A DNA stretch of 64,000 nt from an uncultured archaeon (GCA_964549685.1 CAZJVE010000002.1:79520-143519), one strand, 5' to 3'. Shown: positions 48,731 through 58,074, numbered from the stretch's first letter. Translations and numbers: made by a program. The notes: generated from the sequence alone by a model not told the origin.

Positions 48731-48949
48731 ATGCTCGAGGAGATAAGCTATTACATGATATTGGGGATCCCCCTGATAGTTTACCTGGGGGTTCTTACCC
48801 TTATTTCCTTCATTGCCACGGCAGCAATCGCCATCATGAACCAGAAGGGGAACACAAAAATTCCCCTGAAATGGCACTTCCACATGGCGAAAATCTCTAT
48901 CCTTCTCGCATTAATCCACGGCTCGCTGGGGATAATGGCCTATCTTTAG
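48731..48949 (+). CDS. small 2-TM membrane protein with conserved-looking His residues (DUF4405/cytochrome-b-like?)
   Basis: 72 aa with HFHMAKISILLALIHG in the second TM helix. Starts 4 nt after the cupredoxin gene. Confidence 0.45.
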   Translation: MLEEISYYMILGIPLIVYLGVLTLISFIATAAIAIMNQKGNTKIPLKWHFHMAKISILLALIHGSLGIMAYL

Positions 48950-49004
48950 GATAGTTTCTGCAATATCGCTATTTTTATAGGTTTATTCGGCTTATAATAG
49001 CCAT

Positions 49005-49562
49005 ATGGCTGCTTCTAAATCGAAAAGGAAGGCAAATAGGGCCAGTTCATTGGGTGGAAAGAAAATCAAGAGCTCCAGCTCGTTGGGTGGAAGTAAATCT
49101 AAATCATTGACCAAAAGGAAACCGAAAAAACCCACATCACTGAGCGGAGCGAGAGCGAAGAAGCCTAAGACGCCGGAGATAAGCGGCGTGGGGATGCACG
49201 TCCTGCTGATGGCCTTTCTTTTCATGATTCTGGCGCTGCTAAACGCCTACTCCACCGAGAGCGCGGAGCCAGCTGTCGTCGGGAAGGTCACGGCGCCAGT
49301 ATATACGACTACTACTAGTACATCGACTACTACCAGCACATCGACTATACCAACAACCACGACATCGACTATCCCCACAACCACCACAACCCTGTGCGGT
49401 GGAGAGTACCAGCCGCCCTGCGAGGACGGCTGCAATGTTGGTTTCACCATCGGTTCGACGGGCACCTGCCATCCCAAGGGACCGTGCGCGCCCTCCGTTT
49501 CAAGCGGTAGGGAAGGATGCGGCGCATTCGCGCTCAGCTTCTGCGCGGGCGGCAGGATATAA
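49005..49562 (+). CDS. type-II membrane protein with Lys/Ser-rich N-terminus, Thr linker and Cys-rich ectodomain
   Basis: SSLGGKKIKSSSSLGGSKSKS repeats, TM helix MHVLLMAFLFMILALL, TTTSTSTTT linker, and 8 Cys in the C-terminal 60 aa. Confidence 0.5.
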   Translation: MAASKSKRKANRASSLGGKKIKSSSSLGGSKSKSLTKRKPKKPTSLSGARAKKPKTPEISGVGMHVLLMAFLFMILALLNAYSTESAEPAVVGKVTAPVYTTTTSTSTTTSTSTIPTTTTSTIPTTTTTLCGGEYQPPCEDGCNVGFTIGSTGTCHPKGPCAPSVSSGREGCGAFALSFCAGGRI

Positions 49563-49585
49563 AGGTTTTTTCCTATTGATAAGGG

Positions 49586-51217
49586 ATGAACATACGGCTC
49601 CAGTTCGCGTCCCTTATAACGCTGGGAATTCTATCCGGATTCGTCCTTGCGATAGTTCTCGCTGCTTCTTACTATGCGGGCTATGTCTCGTGGCCGCTGA
49701 TGATAGGGCTTACGCTTATCTTCAATTTTGTCATGTGGCTTGTCGGGCCCTATATCTCCGACTTCATGTACAAATGGTTCTACAAGGTCGAGTTCTATGA
49801 GTATGAGCAGATTAAGGACAAGCCGTTCGCGCAGTTTGTAAAGAGGGTTTGTGATGAACATGGAATCAAGGTTCCCAAAATCGGCATAATCAAGGACCAG
49901 AACCCTACCGCTTTTACCTATGGTTCGGCAGCCTTCAATGCCCGGATTGTCCTGACCGAGGGGCTGTTCAAGTTCCTGGATGACAGGGAGGTCGAGGCGG
50001 TGGTCGCACACGAGCTCGGGCACATAATCAACAAGGACTTCATCATTATGACCATAGCGGCGACTCTGCTGCAGATTCTCTACCAGCTGTACTTCGTCTT
50101 TACCAGGTCGAGGAGCAGGGGGAGCGACAACAAGAAGGGCGGCTACCTTGTAGCCATAGGAATCGCATCGTTAATACTCTACTGGGTAGGAACCTATGTC
50201 CTGCTATACCTGAGCAGGTTGCGGGAGTATTATGCCGATGAATTCGCAGCAAAGAAAACAGGCGATGGAAACCTGCTTTCCTCTGCACTGATAAAGATTG
50301 CCTATGGGATTGCTGCTGTTCCCGATACCCAGAAGACCGCCCACCTCCTGAACGCTACAAGGGCACAGGGGATATTTGACTTCAAGAGCGCGAACGAATT
50401 CGGCCTTGTCCATGAGAATTCCAAGAACAACAGGGGCCTGCTGGAGAAGGCGCTCCTCTTCGACCTGGTCAATCCGTGGGCAAAGCTTCTGGAGCTGAAA
50501 TCAACGCATCCGCTGGTTGGAAAGAGGGTGAGGCGGCTTTCTGCAATGGTCCAGAATCCTGCCTTTGACTTCGAGAGCCTGATGGACAGGAGCATAGACA
50601 AAGGGAGACTATGGGGTAACTTCTTCAAGGACGTTCTCGTTTCGTATTCGATACTCATTACAATTATTGTGTTTATTGGGCTTGCCGTAATGCAGTTCAT
50701 GGCGGGAGTGAACCAATTCCTTCCGATGCTGGTCGCGTTCTTCTTTGCGATAATAATCCTTTCGATAGTCAAGGTCCGGTACAGGCTGCCGATGGGCAAC
50801 TTTGCCGAAACCACTGTCATTGAGTGCATGGCGGACATCTATGCGTCCCCGGTCAGGGGCAAGCCCATCAGGCTGAGTGGCCAGGCGATAGGCCGGGGGC
50901 AGGCAGGCTACGTCTTCGGCGAAGACATGATGTACCAGGACCGGACAGGAATAATCTATCTCAACTATGAGTCTGGAATCCCGTTCCTCGGGAACCTGTT
51001 CTTTGCATGGAAGAAGCTGGAGTCGTTGCTCATGAAGCCTTCAAGTGCGGAGGGGTGGTTTCTGAGGGGGGCCACGCACCACATAGAGCTGCACAAGTTC
51101 AAGGTCGGGGAGCAGATAATAAAGAGCTACGTGCGTTTCTGGATGGTCGTTGGAACAATCTTGACCATATTGCTTATAGGAGTTATACTATTCATCCTGG
51201 CGGGCATTTTTCTGTGA
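49586..51217 (+). CDS. M48-family Zn metalloprotease (HtpX-like) with long C-terminal extension
   Basis: AVVAHELGHIINKD with downstream REYYADEFA, and multiple TM helices. Confidence 0.8.
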   Translation: MNIRLQFASLITLGILSGFVLAIVLAASYYAGYVSWPLMIGLTLIFNFVMWLVGPYISDFMYKWFYKVEFYEYEQIKDKPFAQFVKRVCDEHGIKVPKIGIIKDQNPTAFTYGSAAFNARIVLTEGLFKFLDDREVEAVVAHELGHIINKDFIIMTIAATLLQILYQLYFVFTRSRSRGSDNKKGGYLVAIGIASLILYWVGTYVLLYLSRLREYYADEFAAKKTGDGNLLSSALIKIAYGIAAVPDTQKTAHLLNATRAQGIFDFKSANEFGLVHENSKNNRGLLEKALLFDLVNPWAKLLELKSTHPLVGKRVRRLSAMVQNPAFDFESLMDRSIDKGRLWGNFFKDVLVSYSILITIIVFIGLAVMQFMAGVNQFLPMLVAFFFAIIILSIVKVRYRLPMGNFAETTVIECMADIYASPVRGKPIRLSGQAIGRGQAGYVFGEDMMYQDRTGIIYLNYESGIPFLGNLFFAWKKLESLLMKPSSAEGWFLRGATHHIELHKFKVGEQIIKSYVRFWMVVGTILTILLIGVILFILAGIFL

Positions 51218-51260
51218 TTTTTATTTAAAAGCCTATACCTAATCGGTGAGGTGGTAAAAA

Positions 51261-51977
51261 ATGACTGATTCAAACGATAGGTGCCCCAGTGGCATCCACG
51301 GTCTTGACGAGTTGATTGAGGGCGGTTTCCCGCGAGGGAGAACCATTCTGGTTTCTGGCTCCTGCGGAACAGGAAAGAGCACGCTTGGGATTCAGTTTAT
51401 CTATAATGGCATCGTAATGCACAACGAGCCCGGAATTATTGTAACGATGGAGCAGACCGCCAAGGACCTCAAGAAGGACATGCTTAAGCTGGGTTTTGAC
51501 CTCGGCGGGGAGGAGAAGAGCGGCAACTTGATTATAGTCGACAGAAAGAAGGCCATTCCTGAGATTCATGGTCTGACTGACATATTAGCGAGTTCTATGG
51601 AGCAGATGAAGGCCAAGAGAATGGTAATCGATAGCCTTGGAGCGATAGACTTCTTCATGGGCGAGGGGGATAAAATAAGGTCCGAGCTGCTTACCCTGAG
51701 CGAGAGGATAAAGGATGCAGGTCTTACAACCGTCCTTGTCTCAGAAAGGCCGGAGGGGGAGAGCGCCATAAGTGCCCATGGGATAGAGAGCTATATCCTG
51801 GACGGTGTGGTAATACTGACCATACACCCTGCCCTGGATGCAAGGAAAATGGAGATAAGGAAGATGAGGGGAACGAACCATACCCTCAGGATGCTGGACT
51901 TTGGTTTCACAGAGAAGGGAATTGAGATACTCGGGGGCTCTGGTCCAGAAGAGGGCCACAGGAAGGTTATAATCTGA
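51261..51977 (+). CDS. KaiC/RecA-superfamily ATPase (single-domain KaiC-like, COG0467)
   Basis: GIHGLDELIEGGFPRGRTILVSGSCGTGKSTL (Walker A) and MVIDSL (Walker B). Confidence 0.8.
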   Translation: MTDSNDRCPSGIHGLDELIEGGFPRGRTILVSGSCGTGKSTLGIQFIYNGIVMHNEPGIIVTMEQTAKDLKKDMLKLGFDLGGEEKSGNLIIVDRKKAIPEIHGLTDILASSMEQMKAKRMVIDSLGAIDFFMGEGDKIRSELLTLSERIKDAGLTTVLVSERPEGESAISAHGIESYILDGVVILTIHPALDARKMEIRKMRGTNHTLRMLDFGFTEKGIEILGGSGPEEGHRKVII

Positions 51978-52292
51978 TTACCCCAGCTTTACAGCCGTCC
52001 CGTAGGCAAGAAGCTCTGCCGCACCCTGCATCACTTGTGAAGTGGCGAATCTTACGTTTACGACTGCATCTGCATTGAGTTTATCTGCTTGTTCAAGCAT
52101 TCTATTCAGTGCCGTTTCCCTGGCATCATCAAACATTTCAGTATATTCCACTAGCTCTCCACCAACCATATGTCTTAATCCCGCAAGGATATCCTTGCCA
52201 ACCCACCTGGTTTTTATTGTATTCCCTCTTACCAAGCCTAGTGTCTTCTTTACCTTCTTTCCCGCAATTGTTTCAGTATTTACAACAATCAT
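51978..52292 (-). CDS. YbjQ/UPF0145 family protein
   Basis: Start at MIVVNTETIAGK (ATG 52292). LGLVRGNTI...GGELVEYTEMFDDARETALNRM...NADAVVNVRF is typical of YbjQ. Confidence 0.8.
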   Translation of the reverse strand: MIVVNTETIAGKKVKKTLGLVRGNTIKTRWVGKDILAGLRHMVGGELVEYTEMFDDARETALNRMLEQADKLNADAVVNVRFATSQVMQGAAELLAYGTAVKLG

Positions 52293-52483
52293 TTTTTCTC
52301 CCTCCTGCTTTCTATTGACATTGATGCCAGTATTATAACGATGCCAAGGATAACGAGGACTATCGCAGCCTTTATCGAAACAGGCAGCTCCGAGGAACTC
52401 AGCATCAGATAGAGCCACCAACACACGAAGAGGAGTACGCCACCGCCTATAAAAGCCAGTCCTATGTTCTTTGACGAATTCAT
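52289..52483 (-). CDS. small 2-TM membrane protein
   Basis: 64-aa ORF with 4-nt overlaps to both neighbours. Confidence 0.45.
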   Translation of the reverse strand: MNSSKNIGLAFIGGGVLLFVCWWLYLMLSSSELPVSIKAAIVLVILGIVIILASMSIESRREKK

Positions 52484-52722
52484 TTTTCAGGGGCTTTCTT
52501 TTTGTTGTCTTTCATCAGCTGCTTATATATCCTATTCATGCCGATGGCCATGATGTTTATTATTGTACCGGTTACAAGAAGCACCAGCCCTAGCTTTATC
52601 GATGCAGGAATGTCCGGGTAAGTCAGCACCTGGCCGCTTAGCATCGCCGGCAGGAATCCCATGGCAAGCAAAACGATTCCACTGACGATTAAAAAAATGC
52701 CCACGGCATTGCCCAACATCAT
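52480..52722 (-). CDS. small 2-TM membrane protein
   Basis: 80-aa ORF with 4-nt overlaps to hisG and the next ORF. Confidence 0.45.
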   Translation of the reverse strand: MMLGNAVGIFLIVSGIVLLAMGFLPAMLSGQVLTYPDIPASIKLGLVLLVTGTIINIMAIGMNRIYKQLMKDNKKKAPEK

Positions 52723-53630
52723 TCTATTATCATCCGTGTATCCGATACGACTATTGAAGACGCGCCCTTCCTCTTTAGTTCCGGCAATAGATACTTGAGC
52801 TCCTTCTCGTCAATGACGACAAAGACGTCATACCCTCCCCCCTCGAGGTTGTTTATTGTCGGGCGCTCCACATGACTCTTTAGGACGGGAAGTACCTTGT
52901 CAAGGTCCTTTGGATTCAGTATGTTCATGTAGACGTTGACCTTGCCCTGGCCCCTTAAAGCCCCGCCGAACAGCTGAACAATCTCATCAATCTTCTTTTT
53001 CTTGCCCTTGTCCTTCAGGCTGTCGCTGTTGGCTATCAGGAACGAGGAGGTGTCCATTATCGTGTCGATGACCCTGCAGCTGTTCTCCCTCAGGGTTCTG
53101 CCGGTCTCCGTTGTCTCGATTATCATGTCCGCCTCTGGCACCGGGGGGACCAGCCACGCCTCCGTCTTGCCGGCGGGCTTCCTGATTATTGCCTCTATCC
53201 CGTTCTTCTTGAGATACTCCTTGGATATGTTCGGGTATTCTGTTGCAACTACGACCTTCTTGCCCTTCATGGACTTCTTGAAGTCCTCGAGTGATTTGAC
53301 TCCCGGGAGAATTTCCTCGGAGATTGCTACGCAGAGTCGGGTCTGTCCAAGCTCCAGGTCCAGCAGCTCCTGAACCTTTTTCCCGTTCTCCGGGTATCGC
53401 AGCCTGAATTCCTGAATTATGTCGGAGCCGGTGATTGCAAGGTCGCCCTTGTCAAGAGAGAGAACGAAGGGAAAGTCCTGCGGTCTTATCCGCTTCATGA
53501 CTATCTCCTCGTCATCAATCTGGGGATTATATCCCCTTTCTGAGATGCTAACCTTGAAACCGGCCCGCTCGAACACCCTCAGCGCGAATTTCTCAAGGTG
53601 CCCGTCAGGAATATAGAACTTCACGGTCAT
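52719..53630 (-). CDS. hisG: ATP phosphoribosyltransferase (long form)
   Basis: LAITGSDII, VATEYPNISKEYL, EADMIIETTETGRTLRENS, and a C-terminal regulatory domain. Confidence 0.85.
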   Translation of the reverse strand: MTVKFYIPDGHLEKFALRVFERAGFKVSISERGYNPQIDDEEIVMKRIRPQDFPFVLSLDKGDLAITGSDIIQEFRLRYPENGKKVQELLDLELGQTRLCVAISEEILPGVKSLEDFKKSMKGKKVVVATEYPNISKEYLKKNGIEAIIRKPAGKTEAWLVPPVPEADMIIETTETGRTLRENSCRVIDTIMDTSSFLIANSDSLKDKGKKKKIDEIVQLFGGALRGQGKVNVYMNILNPKDLDKVLPVLKSHVERPTINNLEGGGYDVFVVIDEKELKYLLPELKRKGASSIVVSDTRMIIE

Positions 53631-53659
53631 TTTATTTAACTCCCTCGTAATAGTAATAA

Positions 53660-54667
<1,008 letters not shown>

Positions 54668-54711
54668 AACAATATACAAAGAGTAGTAAAACAATAAAGG
54701 AGTAGATTAAG

Positions 54712-55155
54712 ATGGAAGGAACAGTAAAGTTTTTTAACAGAGGACGAGGCTTCGGCTTTGTTGCCGGAGACGACGGAAACGAGTATTTTGTACATGCGAC
54801 TGGTTTGAAAGAAGGCGTGGATATAAAGGAGGGAGACAAAGTCACCTTCGATCCAGCTGAAGGAGACAGGGGCCCGAAGGCAGAGAACGTCGTTCCCACC
54901 GGGGAGACTGCACCTGTTGGAGAGGCTGCTGAAGCTCCGGCAGAAGAGCCTGCAGAGGAAGCACCGGCAGAAGAGCCTGCTGCTGCAGAGGAAGCACCGG
55001 CCGAGGAGCCAGCAGAGGAAGAGCCCGCTGCTGAAGAGCCTGCTGAGGAAGAAGCTGCAGAGGAAACTCCGGCAGAAGAGCCTGCAGAGGAAGCTCCTGC
55101 AGAGGAAGCCGCTGAAGAAGAAGCTCCTGCTGAAGAGGCACCAAAGGAAGAATAA
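54712..55155 (+). CDS. csp: cold-shock domain protein with long acidic Pro/Ala/Glu tail
   Basis: GTVKFFNRGRGFGFV (RNP1) and YFVHAT (RNP2-like), then ~85 aa of (P)AEE(A/P) repeats. An AAGGAG box lies upstream. Confidence 0.85.
   Translation: MEGTVKFFNRGRGFGFVAGDDGNEYFVHATGLKEGVDIKEGDKVTFDPAEGDRGPKAENVVPTGETAPVGEAAEAPAEEPAEEAPAEEPAAAEEAPAEEPAEEEPAAEEPAEEEAAEETPAEEPAEEAPAEEAAEEEAPAEEAPKEE
54895..55152 (+). repeat. tandem low-complexity coding repeat (PAEE/AEEA units)
   Basis: Reiterated gaagagcctgc(a/t)ga(g)gaagc(a/t)cc(g)gc units. They produce a spurious 172-aa antisense ORF. Confidence 0.8.
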
Positions 55156-55158
55156 GTA

Positions 55159-55560
55159 TCAGAGTCCCAGGGCATCATCGACCATCTTACGGTGGTCGAA
55201 TGCCATTTCTGGCATTTCTTTTATTTTGAATTCTTTAGCCTCGGCTGCGTCATCCGCAGCCACTAATTCTCCGCCAACCTTGCGACAGAGGAAGGTAACG
55301 GCCACCGTGTGGCCCCTCGGGTCGCGCTCCGGGTCAGAGTAGACCCCGACCATCCTCTCAATCTCGATGTCAAGCCCTGTTTCTTCCTTGGCCTCGCGGA
55401 TTGTCGCATTTTCAAGGGTCTCCTTATATTCGACAAATCCGCCGGGCAGCGCCCACGTGCCCTCGAAGGGATATATCCCCCTCTTTATCAGCACTATGGA
55501 ATTCTTCTCCCGGTCCAAGATTACTGCATCTACCGTCAGGCGAGGTATTTTCTGCTCCAT
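55159..55560 (-). CDS. Nudix hydrolase (ADP-ribose pyrophosphatase-like)
   Basis: Nudix box GGFVEYKETLENATIREAKEETGL. Confidence 0.85.
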   Translation of the reverse strand: MEQKIPRLTVDAVILDREKNSIVLIKRGIYPFEGTWALPGGFVEYKETLENATIREAKEETGLDIEIERMVGVYSDPERDPRGHTVAVTFLCRKVGGELVAADDAAEAKEFKIKEMPEMAFDHRKMVDDALGL

Positions 55561-55597
55561 CTTTAATAATTTCTATCCAATATTATAAAACGGGTTC

Positions 55598-55672
55598 GGG
55601 CCCGTAGTCTAGTTCGGTTATGACGTCGCCTTTACGAGGCGAAGATCGCCGGTTCGAATCCGGCCGGGCCCA
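55598..55672 (+). tRNA. tRNA-Val(TAC)
   Basis: GGGCCCG/CGGGCCC acceptor, anticodon stem TCGCC/GGCGA with loop TTTACGA, T-arm GCCGG-TTCGAAT-CCGGC, discriminator A. Confidence 0.9.
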
Positions 55673-55826
55673 AATGCTGATTCTTATGCTCTGACCCCCA
55701 TAGTATAACATACTATTTCTGCTGAGTGCGGTAGTCAACATAAATATGGGTATGTTCACCTCCCTGTTTGGGGAGCGCCTCTGACTGCTTTGACTGGTAG
55801 GACTAAAGAACAAGACGGGTGAAAGC

Positions 55827-56093
55827 ATGCCAAAACCAAAAAAACAAGGACGTTTAGACCGAGCCGTTAATAATGCGTCGTTTCTAATGAACGACGAGGG
55901 CGTTTCTTACCAAGTAAGCAGCATAGCTGCAGCAGTCTGGAATCAATGTGATGGCCACACAGAAACTGATAGACTAGTCGCAAACATGATGAAGACCATG
56001 GACCTTAAAAGAGATGAAAAAATAGCTGCCAAAACCAGCATTAACCAGATAATCACGAAGCTAAATGAGATGGGCCTGATTCGTTTTGGCTGA
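55827..56093 (+). CDS. PqqD-family (RiPP recognition element-like) protein
   Basis: YQVSSIAAAVWNQCDGHTETDRLVANMMKTMDLKRDEKIAAKTSINQIITKLNEMGLI follows the PqqD pattern (LN.t...iW.l.dG..t...i...l.......e....dv..fi..L...gli). Confidence 0.55.
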   Translation: MPKPKKQGRLDRAVNNASFLMNDEGVSYQVSSIAAAVWNQCDGHTETDRLVANMMKTMDLKRDEKIAAKTSINQIITKLNEMGLIRFG

Positions 56094-56172
56094 AGCAGCG
56101 CTACCTCTATCCTGAATGGGCAGTTTATAAGCCCCCACTCCATTATAACAGTATAAATATTGGGTAAATAAT

Positions 56173-56316
56173 ATGAGAGACAATTACGGAGAAAGGGAAA
56201 TGCACAAGATAACCTGTGCCGAGTGCGGTCAGGAGTCTGAAGTCCCTTTCAAGCCGGATGGTTCACGCCCCGTGTATTGCAGGGAGTGCTACTCGAAGAA
56301 AAATAGAAGGTACTGA
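56173..56316 (+). CDS. CxxC-x17-CxxC zinc-finger protein (47 aa)
   Basis: ORF below the track cutoff: MRDNYGEREMHKITCAECGQESEVPFKPDGSRPVYCRECYSKKNRRY, with the conserved VPFKP...RPVYC.eCy signature. Confidence 0.6.
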   Translation: MRDNYGEREMHKITCAECGQESEVPFKPDGSRPVYCRECYSKKNRRY

Positions 56317-56435
56317 TTCTTTGGTATATCTGAATTTTTATCGTAGTAGAAATTGATTTTTTATTTTTGGGGTGAATAACCCCGCTTATTCTTATTTTAG
56401 AAAGGAAATGCATTTCTATTACTGTCAGTAAAAAA

Positions 56436-57443
56436 ATGAGACCCGACAGTGAGGTAGTTGAGCTGGAGCGGAAGGTTTTTGAAATACAGAACGAGCCCAT
56501 GCCCCAGGGGGCATGGTGGTGGTGGTTCTGGCTGTTCTTCTTCAACAACCCCAAAAATCCTGAAAGACCCCGGCAACTGATGATATTGTGGTCCACAAAG
56601 AATGAGCCGGAGATTAGCTGCAATGATATAGCGTTCAGACTGGCCCCCTCCCAGGACCGGAACAATCTCAATGGTATCGTTGCCGCCTGGTACTTTGATG
56701 GGGAGAAAATGCACCACAACCTTCTTCTTGACCAGTGCAATCTGAGCATATCGGACAAAGAACTCTCTTCGGATTCAGTTACGCCCACGTCATTCTCCAT
56801 AGACAAAACCAAGAATACAGTAAAACTTGGAAATGATTTTGAATTCATTGCGGATGCTGGAGAAAAGCACGGTTTTGTAATGCCCACCTACAAGTCAAAC
56901 GTTTACATGATGGATAAGGGCTACTCCCTGCTGCGGCTGAATCATCTGGATTTGCGCGGGAGAGTCAAAAATGAAAAAATTCACGGGAGCGCCTACTTCC
57001 AGCGTGTTTTCGTGAATGCTCCCATGCCCCCCTGGTACTGGGGAATATTCCACTTCGAGGGCGGGGGCGTCCTGAGCTACTACAGACCGTATCTGCTTGG
57101 AAAATCCCTGAAGAAGGACATCTCCTTCTTTGACGGCGAAAGGATGCATAAATTCGATAACATAGCCATAACGAGGTCTGGGGGTGACCTGCCCATATTC
57201 ACGGTATCGGGAGAGAACAAAGACGAAAGAATAGACTTCAGCGTAACCCCCTACTCCCATTCTTCATGGACATTCAGAAAAAGGGCTCTAGGCATCATCC
57301 CGAACAAGCTGGTCTACAATGAGTATCCTGCAGCAATCTCCAGCCTGAGGCTCAGGAACAAGAGAACGGGGGATGAGATTACGCTGAAGGATCTTGGTAA
57401 TTCAGTGGGCAATGCGGAGCATACGACGGGCCTGCTGATATAA
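56436..57443 (+). CDS. hypothetical Trp-rich protein (possible tocopherol-cyclase/CrtC-like beta-barrel fold; weak)
   Basis: 335-aa ORF. GAWWWWFWLFFF and HGSAYFQRVFVNAPMPPWYWGIFHFEGG resemble fEGWYF / ...FP..WiW motifs only loosely. Confidence 0.55.
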   Translation: MRPDSEVVELERKVFEIQNEPMPQGAWWWWFWLFFFNNPKNPERPRQLMILWSTKNEPEISCNDIAFRLAPSQDRNNLNGIVAAWYFDGEKMHHNLLLDQCNLSISDKELSSDSVTPTSFSIDKTKNTVKLGNDFEFIADAGEKHGFVMPTYKSNVYMMDKGYSLLRLNHLDLRGRVKNEKIHGSAYFQRVFVNAPMPPWYWGIFHFEGGGVLSYYRPYLLGKSLKKDISFFDGERMHKFDNIAITRSGGDLPIFTVSGENKDERIDFSVTPYSHSSWTFRKRALGIIPNKLVYNEYPAAISSLRLRNKRTGDEITLKDLGNSVGNAEHTTGLLI

Positions 57444-57448
57444 GAATG

Positions 57449-57461
57449 CGCCTCGGACAGG
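57449..57461. repeat. 13-bp direct repeat cgcctcggacagg (copy of the tRNA-Asn 3' end), distal copy
   Basis: Identical to 58075..58087, which is the discriminator, 3' acceptor strand and start of the T-stem of tRNA-Asn. Confidence 0.7.
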
Positions 57462-57516
57462 CCTAAACAAAGTTCTCAGTCCTCTTTTTATGTCGTGTGG
57501 GGTCCCGTTTCCAATT

Positions 57517-57537
57517 TAGTTATTTACTAAATAACTA
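57517..57537. promoter_or_regulatory. perfect palindrome TAGTTATTTA-C-TAAATAACTA (operator-like) upstream of doc
   Basis: 10-bp arms. A half-site TAGTTATTTACTA is repeated at 57545..57557, about 30-70 nt upstream of the doc GTG start. Confidence 0.5.
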
Positions 57538-57587
57538 ATTAACTTAGTTATTTACTATTTAAATATCAAATTTAATAATTTACTAAA

Positions 57588-57941
57588 GTGGTATTAAAAG
57601 CAGATAGCCTAACGAAGAAGAGCCTAGTAAACATAAACAGGCAGTTTGAGAAGGGAGCAGTAAGGGACGAGGGCACTTTAGACCACATTATCTTCGAAGT
57701 CTCAAAAACCAGAGGCATCAACAGGAAAGGTGCAAGACTCTTGGTTGAAATCACAACAAAACATCCGTTTTTCGATGGAAATAAGAGAACGGCAATAGAA
57801 AGTATGAAGGCATTTTTAGCCCAACACAACAAAAAGATTACAGTAAGAGATGAGACATTATACGATCTGATATACCGGGTCACAAGCCAAAGAAATGCAA
57901 TAGATGAAGTTGCGATGTGGATTGCTAATCACACAAAATGA
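57588..57941 (+). CDS. doc: Doc (death-on-curing) Fic-fold toxin
   Basis: HPFFDGNKRTA matches the Doc variant of the Fic motif. GTG is the only available start after the in-frame stop at 57576. Confidence 0.85.
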   Translation: MVLKADSLTKKSLVNINRQFEKGAVRDEGTLDHIIFEVSKTRGINRKGARLLVEITTKHPFFDGNKRTAIESMKAFLAQHNKKITVRDETLYDLIYRVTSQRNAIDEVAMWIANHTK

Positions 57942-58066
57942 AACTTGTAGAAATGAAGGGCATCAAACGCCCCGTCAGGTTATTGGAATGGGACGATATC
58001 AAAGATTTTGTAGAGAAAGACATCAGAGAAAACAAAGCATTCTATGAGAAATTAGCTCAGATGTGA
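57938..58066 (+). CDS. 42-aa ORF translationally coupled to doc (candidate cognate partner)
   Basis: ATGA overlap with the doc stop. MKLVEMKGIKRPVRLLEWDDIKDFVEKDIRENKAFYEKLAQM. No homology recognised. Confidence 0.35.
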   Translation: MKLVEMKGIKRPVRLLEWDDIKDFVEKDIRENKAFYEKLAQM

Positions 58067-58074
58067 AAAAAGCT

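Noticed and set aside
55746-55784. 12-codon ORF MGMFTSLFGERL upstream of the PqqD-like gene as a RiPP precursor
   Set aside because: It is not annotated as a gene. It has no ribosome-binding site or conservation evidence, it is very short, and no modifying enzyme is recognised. It is kept only as a speculative note in the findings.
55583-55828. 81-aa minus-strand ORF
   Set aside because: It overlaps the whole of tRNA-Val on the opposite strand and has no coding features.
56249-56887. 212-aa minus-strand ORF
   Set aside because: It overlaps the CxxC zinc-finger gene and the 335-aa ORF in antisense. It has low-complexity Ser/Phe-rich sequence.
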